Source: the human T2T-CHM13v2.0 reference genome, Homo sapiens
Length of the DNA stretch: 64,000 nt
Strand: one strand, 5' to 3'
Assembly (NCBI RefSeq): GCF_009914755.1
Contig: NC_060927.1
Shown here one piece after another: positions 48,462 through 61,944 of this stretch (the stretch's first letter is position 1; each line of letters opens with the position of its first letter). The notes beneath the pieces were generated by a model that worked only from the letters and a program-made list of their open reading frames with translations, was not told the DNA's origin and ran no database searches. The position numbers and the translations under genes were made by a program.

Positions 48462-49100
48462 CAAACATACCAACTATAGTCAAGCAGTCATACAAACCAA
48501 CTACCAACAAACAGACACACATACCAACTGCCTACTGTCAACCAGAAACACATACTAACACCGGCAAACAGAAACACATACCAACTACCGTCAACCACAA
48601 ACATGTACTAACTACCATCAAACAGACACATATACCAACTACCATCAACCAGAAACATGTACCAACTACCATCAAACAGACACACATACCAACTACCATC
48701 AACCAGAACCACATACCAACTACCATCAAACAGACACACGTAGCAACTACCATCAAACAGAAACACATACCAACTACCGTCAAACAGACACATGTACCAA
48801 CTACCGTCAAACAGGCACACATATCAAGTACCATCAAACAGGCACATGTACAAACTACCATCAACTGGAAACACATACCAACTACTGTCAACCAGAAACA
48901 TGCACCAAGTACCAACAAACAGACATACATACCAACTACCATCAAACAGAAACAAATACCAGCTACTGTCAACCAGAAACACGTACCAACTACATCAAAC
49001 AAACACACATACCAACTACTGTCAAACAGACACATACCAACTACCATCAAAAAGACACACCAACTACTGTCAACCAGAAACACATATCAGCTACTGTCAA
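48462..49100. repeat. 27-bp minisatellite/VNTR, ~23 units (consensus ACCAACTACCATCAAACAGACACACAT)
   Basis: Visible tandem units with two variants (ATCAAACAGACAC and TCAACCAGAAAC); translates as PTTIKQTHI/PTTINQKHV repeats. Confidence 0.93.
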
Positions 49101-50752
49101 AGAGAAAACCTCTTCTGCACAATATTGCCAAGCAACCATCTGAAATGGATACCGTGTTCTCTGGGACCAAGAACAAACAAAAAAGATGCCTGTGTCCTTT
49201 TAACCTGTATCCTCATTTGTGATCATGGCCAAAGCAGAAGTGCTCAATGAGGAGGGTGCAAGGAAATATACTTGGATCAAAAGCCTGGCCAGGCTTTCCA
49301 CACTATTCCTAGACACAAAGGGAGCTGGTTTCCTGGGCACTCTAGCAGACTGTGGCAACTATTTAGCATATGAAGAGAGGCCTGTGCCTTTACCCACTTT
49401 CTGGAAACAAAAGCAGTCTGTCGTCAATATAAATACAGTTTACATACCAATGCTTTCTAATTAACCTTTCACCACAGTAGTTTTCACCACAAGTGCATTT
49501 TCCTTCTTAGCCTCAGGAACCTGGGAGAGCACTAACCCTAGGCTTCTCAGTCCTTGCTAATGATAGGTTTCCAGGGGCTTTAAACAAAGTTTGGATTTCA
49601 GGATCAGCTCTGCCACTTACTACCTGAACTCAGGCAAGTAAGGTAACCTCTCTCACTTCCCCTACACTCACTTCCACAGCAAAGGCTTAAGAGCTTTCTC
49701 ATAAGATCAATGGGAATATTAAACAACATATGGAAAGTGCTTAACATCAAGATGGGCTCAAAGGGAAAGTCACAAACCACATACAACAGCAACTTATGCT
49801 ATAACAACTTATGCTATATGTTATGTTCAGTAACTTCTAAGCTAAAAGAAATATTCGAGATCAGTAATCACAACCAATAGGAGAGAGACTTCTCAGTTTA
49901 TACATGCCTTCCTGGACTACTCTATCTAAAATTACATCAAACCCCTTTATTCTCTATCCCCCTCACCCTGATTCATTATTTTACATAACAGCATATATCA
50001 CTTCCTGGCATTTTATATTTATTTTGGGTGTTTTTTTCTATATTCATGCTCCATAATGTAAGCTTGGTTGAATTCACTACTATATTCCCAGTGCCTAAAA
50101 AAGTGCCTGGCAAACAGAGACCCTCAATAAATACCTGCAGGATGGTAGAATGAATATACATTTTAAAAATATAGGGGGCTATCAATTTTTACATTTGTTT
50201 TGAGAGTGGGTTGTATTTTATTAAAAGGATTTTTGATACTGCAGGTTGCTTTACATCTAAAATGGACTTCTTATCTATTTATTCAAAAACTATCTATTGG
50301 ACAGAGCATTTCACAAAGCTGTTTGCCAGGTGCTAAGAAAGAGGTAATGATTCATCAGAGTATGCCCTTAAAGAGGTTTTAGTTCATACACACTGGGTTG
50401 CATCCTCAATGCACAATCATTCTTCCTTCACTGGTAAGTGCCTCTCTCCCTTCTTCCACATGGTGACTGCAAATGCAGCCATGTTGGTAAAATATAATAA
50501 CCAGTCTGCTGTGAGAGAGGAAGGAAGCAGATGTGCTGGGAAGAGCAGCCAGGCTGAGAGAGGGATTCAGGGCTCCCCGTGGTGCAGCAAGCCCCAGGGC
50601 CCAACTGTTACTAAATCTGGATGGTGTATGTATCAAAAACAATTTTTAAAAAATAATCAGGCAAGACATAAAAAAGTTTGAAAAGATATATTCTTTCCAA
50701 GGGAAATCTATCCTAAAGAAAAAAACTGAAATCTGAACATATATTAAAACAC

Positions 50753-53563
50753 TGATCACACAGAAATATAAACTACCATCAGAGAACACTATAAACATCT
50801 CTACGCAAATAAACCAGAAAATCTAGAAGAAATGGACAAATTCCTGGACACAAACACCCTCCCAAAACTAAACCAGGAAGAAGTCGAATCCCTGAAAAGA
50901 CCAATAACAAGTTCTGAAATTGAGGCAATAATTAATAACCTACTAACCAAAAAAAGCCCAGGACAAGACAGATTCACAGCCAAATTCTAACAGAGGTACA
51001 AAGAAGAGCTGATACCATTGCTTCTGAAACGATTCCACACAATAGAAAAAGAGGGACTCCTCCCTAACTCATTTTATGAGGCCAGCATCATCCTGATACC
51101 AAAACCTGGCAGAGACAAAACAAAAAAAGAAAATTTCAGGTGAATATCCCTGATGAACATTGATGCGAAATCCTCAATAAAATACTGGCAAACCGAATCC
51201 AGCAGCACATCAAAAAGCTTATCCACCACTATCAAGTCAGCTTCATCCCTGGGATGCAAGTCTGGTTCAACGTACGCAAATCAATAAACGTAATCTATCA
51301 CATAAACAGAACCAGTGACAAAAACCACATGATTATCTCAACAGCTGCAGAAAAGACCTTTGATAAAATTCTACACCCCTTCATACTAAAAATTCTCAAA
51401 AAACTAGGTACTGATGGAATGTATCTCAAAATAATAAGAGCTATTTATGACAAACCCACAACAAATATCATGTTGAATGGGCAAAAACTGGAAGCATTCC
51501 CTTTGAAAATGGGAACAAGACAGGGATGCTCTCTCTCACCACTCCTATTCAACATAGTGTTGGAAGTTCTGGCCAGGGCAATCAGGCAGGAGAAAGAAAT
51601 AAAGGGTATTCAATTAGGAAAAGAAGAAGTCAAATTGTCCCTGTCTGCAGATTACATGATTGTATATTTAGAAAACCCCATCCTCTCAGCCCAAAATCTC
51701 CTTAAGCTGATAAGCAACTTCAGCAAAGTCTCAGGATAGAAAATCAATGTGCAAAAATCACAAGCATTCCTATACACCAATAATAGACAAAGAGAGCCAA
51801 ATAATGAGTGAACTCCCATTCACAATTGCTACTAAGAGAATAAAATACCTAGGAATACAACTTACAAGGGATGTGAAGGAACTCTTCAAGGAGAATTACA
51901 AGCCACTGCTCAAGGAAATAAGTCAGGACACAAACAAATGGAAAAACATTCCATGCTCATGGATAGGAAGAGTCAATATCGTGAAAATGGCCATACTTTT
52001 CAAAGTAAGTTTTAGATTCAATGCTATCCCCATCAAGCTACCATTGACTTTCTTCACAGAATTAGAAAAAACTACTTTAAATTTCATATGGAACCCAAAA
52101 AGTGCAATCCTAAGCAAAAAGAACAAAGCTGGAGGCATGACACTACCTGACTTCAAACTATACTACAAGGCTATAGTAACCAAAACAGCATGGTACTGGT
52201 ACCAAAAGATACATAAACCAATGGAACAGAACAGAGGCCTCAGAAATAACACCACACATCTACAACCATATGACCTTTGACAAACCTGACAAAAACACAC
52301 AATGGGGAAAGGACTCCCTATTTAATAAATGGTGCTGGGAAAACTGGCTAGCCATATGCAGAAACTGAAACTGGACCCCTTCCTCACACGTTATAAAAAA
52401 ATTAACTCGAGATGGAGTAAAGACTTAAACATAAGACCTAAAACCATAAAACCATAGAAGAAAACCTAGGCAATATCATTCAGGACATAAGCATGGGCAA
52501 AGACTTCATGACTAAAACACCAAAAGCAATGGCAACAAAAGCCAAAATTGACAAATGGGATCTAATTAAACTAAAGAGCTTCTGCTCAGCAAAAGAAACT
52601 ACCATCAGAGTGAACAGGCACCCTACAGAATGGGAGAACATGTTTGCAATCTATCCATCTGCCAAAGGGCTAATATCCAGAATCTACAAGGAACTTAAAC
52701 AAATTTATAAGAAAAAAAAAACAAACAACCCCATCAAAAAGTAGGCAAAGGATATGAACAGACACTTCTCAAAAGAAGACATTTATGTGGCCAAGAAACA
52801 TGAAAAAAAGCTCATCATCACTGGACATTAGAGAAATGCAAAGCACACACAATGAGATACCATCTCACGCCAGTTAGAATGGCGATCATTAAAAAGTCAG
52901 GAAACAGCAGATGTTGGAGAGGATGTAGACAAACAGGAACATTTTTACACTGTTGGTGGGAGTCTAAATTAGTTCAACCATTGTGGAAGACAGTGTGGCA
53001 ATTCCTCAAAGATCTAGAGCCAGAAATACCACTTGACCCAGCAATGTTATTACTGGGTATATACCCAAAGGATTATAAATCATTCTGCTACAAAGACACA
53101 GGCTCACGTATATTTATTGCAGCACTATTCACAATAGCAAAGACTTGGGACCAAACCAAATGCCCATCAATGATAGACTGGATAAAGAAAATGTGGCACA
53201 TATATACCATGGAATACTATGCAGCCATAGAAAAGGATGAGTTCATGTCCTTTGCAGACACATGGATGAAGCTGGAAACCATCATTCTCAGCAAACTAAC
53301 ACAGAAACAGAAAACCAAACACCACATATTCTCACTCATAAGTGGGAGTTGAACAATGAGAATACATGGACACAGAGAGAGGAACATCACACACTGGGGC
53401 CTGTCAGGGATGGGGGGGGGTACAAGAGGGATAGCATTTGGAGAAATACCTAATGTAGATGATGGGTTGATGGGTGCAGCAAACCACCATGGCACGTGTA
53501 TACCTATGTAACAAATCTGCACATTCTGCACATGTATCCCAGAACTTACAAGTATAATAATAA
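50753..53563 (+). mobile_element. 5'-truncated LINE-1, L1PA7-like, ORF2 disrupted
   Basis: ORF2 fragments 51254-53352 with stops and frameshifts; 3'UTR GTAGATGATGGGTTGATGGGTGCAGCAAACCACC; TSD TAAAACAC at 50745-50752 and 53564-53571 at a TT/AAAA site. Confidence 0.93.
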
Positions 53564-55629
53564 TAAAACACAGGAAGATGTTTATCACAGCTATTTAAAA
53601 AGGAAAAGCCAATCATTTTAGACAAAATAATGAAAGAACACCTTTCTATTCTCATATGACAAGATACTCATATGACATATGAGTATATATGGGGAAAGGG
53701 AGAGGTGTAGTAGACATAGAAGCAGATATATAAAGTAGATATATCCAGATATTCACCATGATTATTACTGGATTATAAAATTAATGCATATTTTTCTTTT
53801 ATTCTTGGTGCCTTTTATATTTTTATATTTTACAAATTATAATAAATGATGACTACTTTATTTTAAAATGCTGTATTTTACCATAAAATACTACCCAATG
53901 ACTTCTGCAAAGTTCTTCTGTTTGTAAACAACTAAACAGCAAATGCTTCCAAGACCATTAGGAACATACCTGTAGTTGTGCTAGTCAACGTATCACTCAA
54001 TGCAGCAGGGATAATGCACACTGTGGGGAACTGGGGGATCTCAGAAAGAGGAGATTGCAAAGAACTTTTATAGGATTTGTGCATGTGTTGGGTAATTTTA
54101 TGTGATTTGGGGGAGGGTTCAAAGTAGTAGGGCTTTGTTCTAGACTAGATGCTGTTAAGACATGGAGGTAATTCCATGATTGTGTTTCCTAATAAATCTT
54201 ACCTAGCATGCAGAAAGAAGGAAGCAATGCTACAACTCTAATATTTAAAGAAGCAGCAGTCACTCATACCAGCCAGAATGGGAGGATGTGTGGTCTTTTT
54301 TGTGGTTTGGACAATTTTCATGTTTTGTCTGTGTTAAGGCATGATTACCAGGGGTCTCGTTTTTGTTCTGATCCATCACCAAGCCACGAGCAACCCCAAT
54401 GCCTAACTGATAGCACCGGGCCAGTTCCCGAATAGCAAAGAATATATAAGCTGTCAGAAATATTCAGAGGCAGGTAGTATGATTAGGGTTATTTCTGAAA
54501 ACAAACATAATGCAAACCTGATGGGGTTATTTTGTAGATTAAGTAATACATGTGAGTGTGATTTATAAATATAAACAGCCACATGCATGTTACCATTTGC
54601 TAATATCTTCACCATCACTGTCATTTATATCAATCTCATCTAGTGCAGGAGGATCTATATCTTTGGAAAGGGGCGGGCTGCAACGGCAACTTGTACATTA
54701 GTTTCAGTTTACCAAAATGGTTAGAGATGACGGAAATTAAGACCTAAATCTTAGAAATGGACACATATGAAAACTTCAGACACAACTCTTAAAATACGCA
54801 TCCCCTCATAATGTGTCACTTCTGACAAACCCATGAGAAAGCAAAAAATTTAACACCTATCCCAAAATAGAGTAACTTAAAAGAAACTTGAGAAATGGAA
54901 AATGGGGGCAAAGGTGAAGTGGCATAATGTCAGCCACTTACTTTTGATGGTTCAGCCAAAGAGAGAGAGAGAGAGATGGCATACCAGTAACATGTGGTGT
55001 ATATATGATATTAAAAAGGTAACATTTTAAAAATGTATATACATGGAACTCCTGAGGACTTCTTCCTGTATTCTCATGGGTCATTTCTCACTTTGGAGAC
55101 TACTTCCTTAAAAGACCTAATTACAAGAGGTCAGAATAGTGGAATTGTACATAAGATGTGTGTCAAAGGCCAGGAAGTACCCATAGTGAAGTAAAACTTC
55201 CTTACTTTCAGACAGGCCTTTATTGTGATGAAATTATAAATTCTTAGATGACTCATATTCTAGCCATCTATTCATTCTTAAGCATCTACAGAGTTCCTAA
55301 GAAGGACCAAGCTTGATCTAAGGTGTCAGAGGTCCATGAAGACTTCTCGAGAGGCCTCCCTCATGAGCAATCTCTACAGGCAGGATGATGCACCATTTAT
55401 TTTATAGGAATTCCATCTAGTAGACACCCTTCCCCTCAAAAAAATGTGATGATCCCATCAAAAGCTTGCAGGCACTTAGCCATGGCGAGAAAATTAAACA
55501 GCCTGTATGTAGTAAACGGGTCACAGAAAGGGTAGGTTATGCAGAATAAAAAATAAGACCAAACTCAGGGGAACCAGGTCCTCTGAACTTTTATTTTTAA
55601 TTAGTACATGGGCATAATGGGGTATGATC

Positions 55630-55669
55630 TCACACACACACACACACACGCACACACACACACACACAC
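55630..55669. repeat. (CA)n microsatellite
   Basis: Directly visible. Confidence 0.95.
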
Positions 55670-57966
55670 TCTCTCAAACTACAAAAATAAATCTCCCTCT
55701 GTCCCAACCCTAGCCTTCCAGTCCCTCCCCAGAAACAACCAATGTTTTCTATGCACACGCACAATTGCATATAAACATACATTTAAAATCATAAATGGCC
55801 ACTAACTATAGACCCTGTTAAATACTTTGCTTTGTCTCGTTGAACAATATTCACTCCTTCATTTACTTGTCATTCAGCAATTATTCTAGGAACCACTAAA
55901 AAAGCAGTCAAAACAGACAAAACTCTTGCCCCCATGGAGGTGGTATCTCAGTGGGCCATTCCATACAGCATATAAACAATACGTCATTATTTCGATAACT
56001 GTATTTTCACTCTATTGTAAGTACATGCTACAATGTACAGTCCTTTATGGATCAACATTCAGTTTGCTTTCTACTTTGCACATTCTTTTTTATAAATATT
56101 GGGCTTGCAGCACCCTCTTCTTTTATAAGCAAATATTTTGGCCAAACCCTGAACAATTGTTTAAAACACGTTCATCTATGTCAAGGTTGTATTTTGAAAA
56201 TGCCTCATTCAATGACTTAGTTTTCACTTATCAACATCTATAAAACCACATCAGAGAAGATATTCATTCTAGAATTGTTTAACTAAGTTAAGATTCCAGT
56301 TGATTATTTGCAACAGTTTAGCAAATTACCTTACAGTTTTTAACAGCCTATGAAGAAAGTAAATGTCATAGTCAATCCATTTTTTTTCCTTGCAACTGTT
56401 AGGTGTGGTGTTAATTCTCCCAGCTGGTTTTCAGACAGCTTTAAAATTAACTTTGAAGTTTCTCTAACCCTTAAAAAAAAGTCAATGATTGCTTTGCCAA
56501 GAAAAACAGAGCCCTTACTGAACAAGTCAGAATTCACTAAGGTCTTCTAATTTCAAATGTAGACCTTCTGGGCACTGTGTATGTGTATAGACGTGTATAT
56601 ATGTATGCATTTGTGTCTATGCATACATGTGAGGATGCATGTACATGTATGTAAGCTAACATTCATAGAAGGTCTATGATGCACTGCAGCTGAAGGAGTA
56701 ATGCTGAACCACTGTTACATCAATCCATCTTACAAAATAAATACATAACCAATACAAGAGTCCATGCTGACTTATAAAACAATAACCCCAAGATTTCTTG
56801 AGCACCTAAAATGTGTGCCAGGCTCTGTGCTGTTTTAAGCGCATCTCTTATGCAAAATAACTCAATGTAAGGATAGGAAAGCTGACTCTTACAGTGGCTT
56901 AGATACTTTGCCACGTTAATTCAACCCCTAAGCGATAGAGCTGAATGTCAGCGTAGACAGCCTCTGCTTTAAAATCTCTATAAAGGGTATGACACTATTG
57001 TTAACTTCTAAATACATCTGATAATATCTGCTTATAAATTATGAGATGGCATTTTATATCTATTACCAGAGTATAACATATCACGTAGGATTTATACAGG
57101 TTACCTTATGATTTTTATAAATGTGGGATCCATTATTCAACCCACATCTACCTACTCCACATCTGGGTATTCTTTTTTGTCACCTCAAGGTACCCCAGAA
57201 TGAAACCATGGAGAAGTTGTACTGCCCACTTTCTGCAAAGAAGCAGGGTTAAAAGCAGGAGCTCTGGAGGGCTACTGCCTAGATTCAAATCCGAGCACAG
57301 TCACATGGTAGCTGTGTGCACTGGACAAATCCCACTTCTGTTTATCTGTTTAGTGGGAATGATATTCTTGGTGGCTGAGTGTATTGAAGAGGAATATATA
57401 TATGAAGAGCTGATAGCAGTGTTTGCCCTATGTTTAGGTACTCCATACAGCTTGCAACTATGGTTATTTGCCCATATTCACTCCATAACAGAATTACAAT
57501 CAGGTATGTTCTATCCCAGACTCAGGGCAGAGCCTGGAGTTCAAACATACCACATGTTGAGAAAAAAGGTCAACTATGAAGTTCATTGGGAGCTTAGAAC
57601 AATGAAGAAAAGTTAAGAACAATGTTCAAATGAGGAGTAAATGAAGTAATTGAGGAACTCCAAAACTACCATCCCAGAGCTCCTCAAGCAAAGGTCTCCA
57701 ATAACCTCCTGCAACCCTGCGGCAATAACCAGCAATAACCAGCTCTGCAGACTGGAACCCATTCAGTCTGATGTGAATACGCTTTGCTCTGGAGGAAGAA
57801 GCTCTGCTCATGGCAGACAGGCCTGATTGCCAGAAGTTACATTTCCTGTGAGTGAGCAGGGAAGCCACAGAAACTAGAGCCATGGGGTATTGGGGGCATC
57901 CCAGGTGAAATGAGGCTCTCACCACCTCAGAGGAGCCTTCCGCCCACAGATGAAGCATCCCAATGA

Positions 57967-58469
<503 letters not shown>

Positions 58470-58539
58470 GCAAACAACACTCTTAAGCTCAAAATGCAGG
58501 CTACTGGAGGGGTGGGGTGAGCCAACAGTTCATTAAGTG

Positions 58540-59340
58540 GCAGCAGGCCAGGGAAGCGGGGTCGGCGGGAACGGGAGGCAGCAAGGGGGAAGGGAACCTG
58601 GCTCTCAACCCACTGGAGCCAAAGTAAACTGTACTTCAAGGGACCCCGGCCCTAGGCGGAACGAGCCTGCGGCTGATGGGCCGCCCGCGTCTCCTTGCAC
58701 CTGCCCTGGCGCCGCAGCCAAGGCGGCCCCTGCTCGGGCCCTGCGCTCCGGGGCGCGGGCCGAGATGCTCGCCCAAGAAACATGGCTGGCTGGAGCCTCC
58801 GGGCGCGGGAGGGACGCGACCGCCAGCCTGGGGAGGCGGGAAGGGGGAACTTGAACGCCCGGGCGGGCGGCAAGTGCAGCGCGTTCCAGCCGCTCCCCGG
58901 CGCGGCCACTTCCTCGCCTTCTCCTTCCTTCCCTTTCCTCCCTCTTTCCGTCTTCCCTCTTCCTCATTCCCGCCCAGTCTCCTTCCTCCCTTCCTAACCC
59001 CCTCCCCTCCCCTCTTCCTGCTGTCACTTCCAAACCCAAGGACAAAACCGTTACCTGCGGGCCCCGGAGCGGCCCCGGAGTTCGCCTCGGTCACTGCCGG
59101 AGCCCAGGCGCGCGCTCGGTGGCCGCCCGCCTCATCCCCGCGCGTCTGAGCGGCCCGGCGGCAGCTGCTCCTTTTATGGGGCTCGCAGGCAGTAGGCTCG
59201 GCCAGGGTGTCCCCAGCCCGCTCGGGCGGCAGCGGCGTCAATGCGCGCTATTCACACTCCGGGCTGCGGCTGGTACCCCTCTACACGCCCCCCGGGAGTG
59301 CGCGACTGCCTGCCCGCCCCCATCCTCAGGGCCTTGGACG
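58540..59340. promoter_or_regulatory. Intronic CpG island, candidate internal promoter
   Basis: Abrupt GC- and CpG-rich non-repeat stretch with GC boxes, CArG box at 59170-59179, and a minus-strand splice donor at 59055/59054. Confidence 0.85.
59055..59147 (-). other. MAGI1: Putative alternative first exon of MAGI1
   Basis: CATAAAAG TATA-like motif starting 59178, Inr-like TCAGAC (+1 at 59147), donor CCGCAG|GTAACG. Inferred; no transcript data. Confidence 0.55.
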
Positions 59341-60329
59341 GGGGTAGGGGTGGGAGACAAATATGGCTTTCAGGGCACCCACTAGGGGAAGGGAGTCACA
59401 TGGTTCTGGCCCTGGGTAGCCAGGGTAAGAGGGGCCCACCAAGAGCTGCTAGCACCTTGAAATGAATAGGGAGGTGCCGGTCAAACACGGGAGTGTGGGG
59501 TTGACTTCGAAATACAGCAGGAAGAGAGCTGAACCTTTCATTATCATCATCATCACTATTTTACTTATGATTATCATTAAATAGCATCTGCCATTTTATT
59601 AAGTGATTACTATGAGCCAAAAAATTCTCTTCTGGTACAGAACATTTTAAAAGCCTGTGTGTTCTGGGTCCACCACCTGGCACTTTGGTTAATACAGACA
59701 GAATCACATCTTCCCTCTTCTCAGTGGAAACCTCTGCTGGCCCCATTCCATAGAAGAAAAGCTACCCACATTAGCTCTGCATTCAAGGGCCCTTAAGTTT
59801 CTATCCTGGTCCTACTCTTTAGCCTCAAATCTGATGCATCTCACCCTCAAGAGACCCCAGGAGGGGGTTAAGTATTTGTCTTTTTATTAAAGATCAGAAA
59901 GACAAAGCTCGGAGAGGTTAAGTAATTGCCAAAGGTCACTCAGCTAAGAAATGCTGGAGCAATGCCACAGGTCAGTCCAAGTTCAAAGTCCTGGATCTTG
60001 GTCTCTCCATGCTACTGTTTTTAGTAAACTTCTAAGGCCAAGAGGGCATCACACCCTTTTGAGTTCTGGATGATATCTCACCTCTTCACTGGCAAGAATA
60101 GAACTTGAAAGAAATTGGACTCTCTAGGCCAAGAAGAAAATCCCAGAGAGCCCTGTTTGAACCTGTCACCTCCGGGCAGCTCTTCCTTTTATTCATATAC
60201 AACTTTAGTTTTAGTTTCAGGTGGACCACAGCAATAGTGATGGGAAACAATCAATTTGACTAAACTGGGATTGGCCCCCAGCATGCTCACATCACTGCCT
60301 GGAATGGCAAGAAGAACTGGAATTCCCAA

Positions 60330-60622
60330 GGCTAAGCACCATAGCTCATGCTTACAATCCCAGCAATTTGGGAGGCCAAGACAGGAGGATCACTTGAGCC
60401 CCGAAGTTTGTGACCAGCTTTGACAACAGAGGGAGACCCCATGTCCACAAAAAAAAAAAAATACAAAAATTATCTGGGTGTGGGGGCATGCACCTGTAGT
60501 CCCAGCTAGTTGGGAGGCTGAGGTGAGAGGATTGCATGGGCCTAGGAGTCTGAGGCTGCATGAGCTGTGACTGTGCCACTACACTCCAGCCTGGGCAACA
60601 GAGACCCTGTCTTAAAAAGAAA
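60330..60622 (+). mobile_element. AluJ
   Basis: Diverged dimer; TSD-like GGAATTCCCA. Confidence 0.9.
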
Positions 60623-60634
60623 CGGAATTCCCAG

Positions 60635-61312
<678 letters not shown>

Positions 61313-61909
61313 CCCAAGAAGAAAGCCAAAAGCAATTATTTGTTACACTTCACATAATACTAGAATGATTTTTCCATGTGACTTACAGAAGCAGAAGACT
61401 ATACAATCCACACTAAGCATCTGAAACAGACCTTCCTTCACAAGTGTGGAAATGCATAAATGCATTAGCTAAGAGAGTAACATCACATTTACTCCTGTCT
61501 CTTTTTAAAGCAGACAAAGAGGAGCAATTTGACATGAGAGGTTCACCAAAGCAAAGCTGGTACAATTTCCCTGTGTGGGGCTCATCAGAGGACTAGATAA
61601 GCCTGATGCTGATAAGAGGCAGAAAAGGAATGTGTAAGTTGCTAACTCCAAAGTGGGGGAGGCAGTGAGATATTCCTGTCAGAGTGAAAGTGATTTTCAA
61701 TTTCAAATAATTATATTAGGTCATTCATTGTTTGGAATGGAGTGTCTGTAGTACACGGCATTCCTGCTGAGAGGGTTCTCAAAGGCTGAGGGTTAGGAGG
61801 CAGAAAGCCTGTAATTAGAAGCCCTGAAGCACCCACCCTCTCTGATGAAGAGGATTGGAGTACAGCCTGTCCAGGTAATAGGGCTCAGCTCAGGAGTGTG
61901 TATAGCGGT

Positions 61910-61911
<2 letters not shown>

Positions 61912-61941
<30 letters not shown>
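61912..61941. repeat. (TG)n microsatellite
   Basis: Directly visible. Confidence 0.95.

Positions 61942-61944
<3 letters not shown>

Noticed and set aside
48462-49100. CRISPR-like array
   Set aside because: Head-to-tail units with no unique spacers, in a eukaryotic context with no cas genes.
51254-53352. RT-like ORFs
   Set aside because: Fragments of a decayed, 5'-truncated L1 ORF2 (the FADD motif reads SADY).
53970-54420. Possible LTR (also ~27100-27630, ~42050-42460, ~46210-46690)
   Set aside because: LTR-like by eye, but family and boundaries cannot be supported without RepeatMasker.
58537-59465. Multiple overlapping 85-200 aa ORFs on both strands
   Set aside because: Expected from stop-codon scarcity in a CpG island; no recognisable domain.
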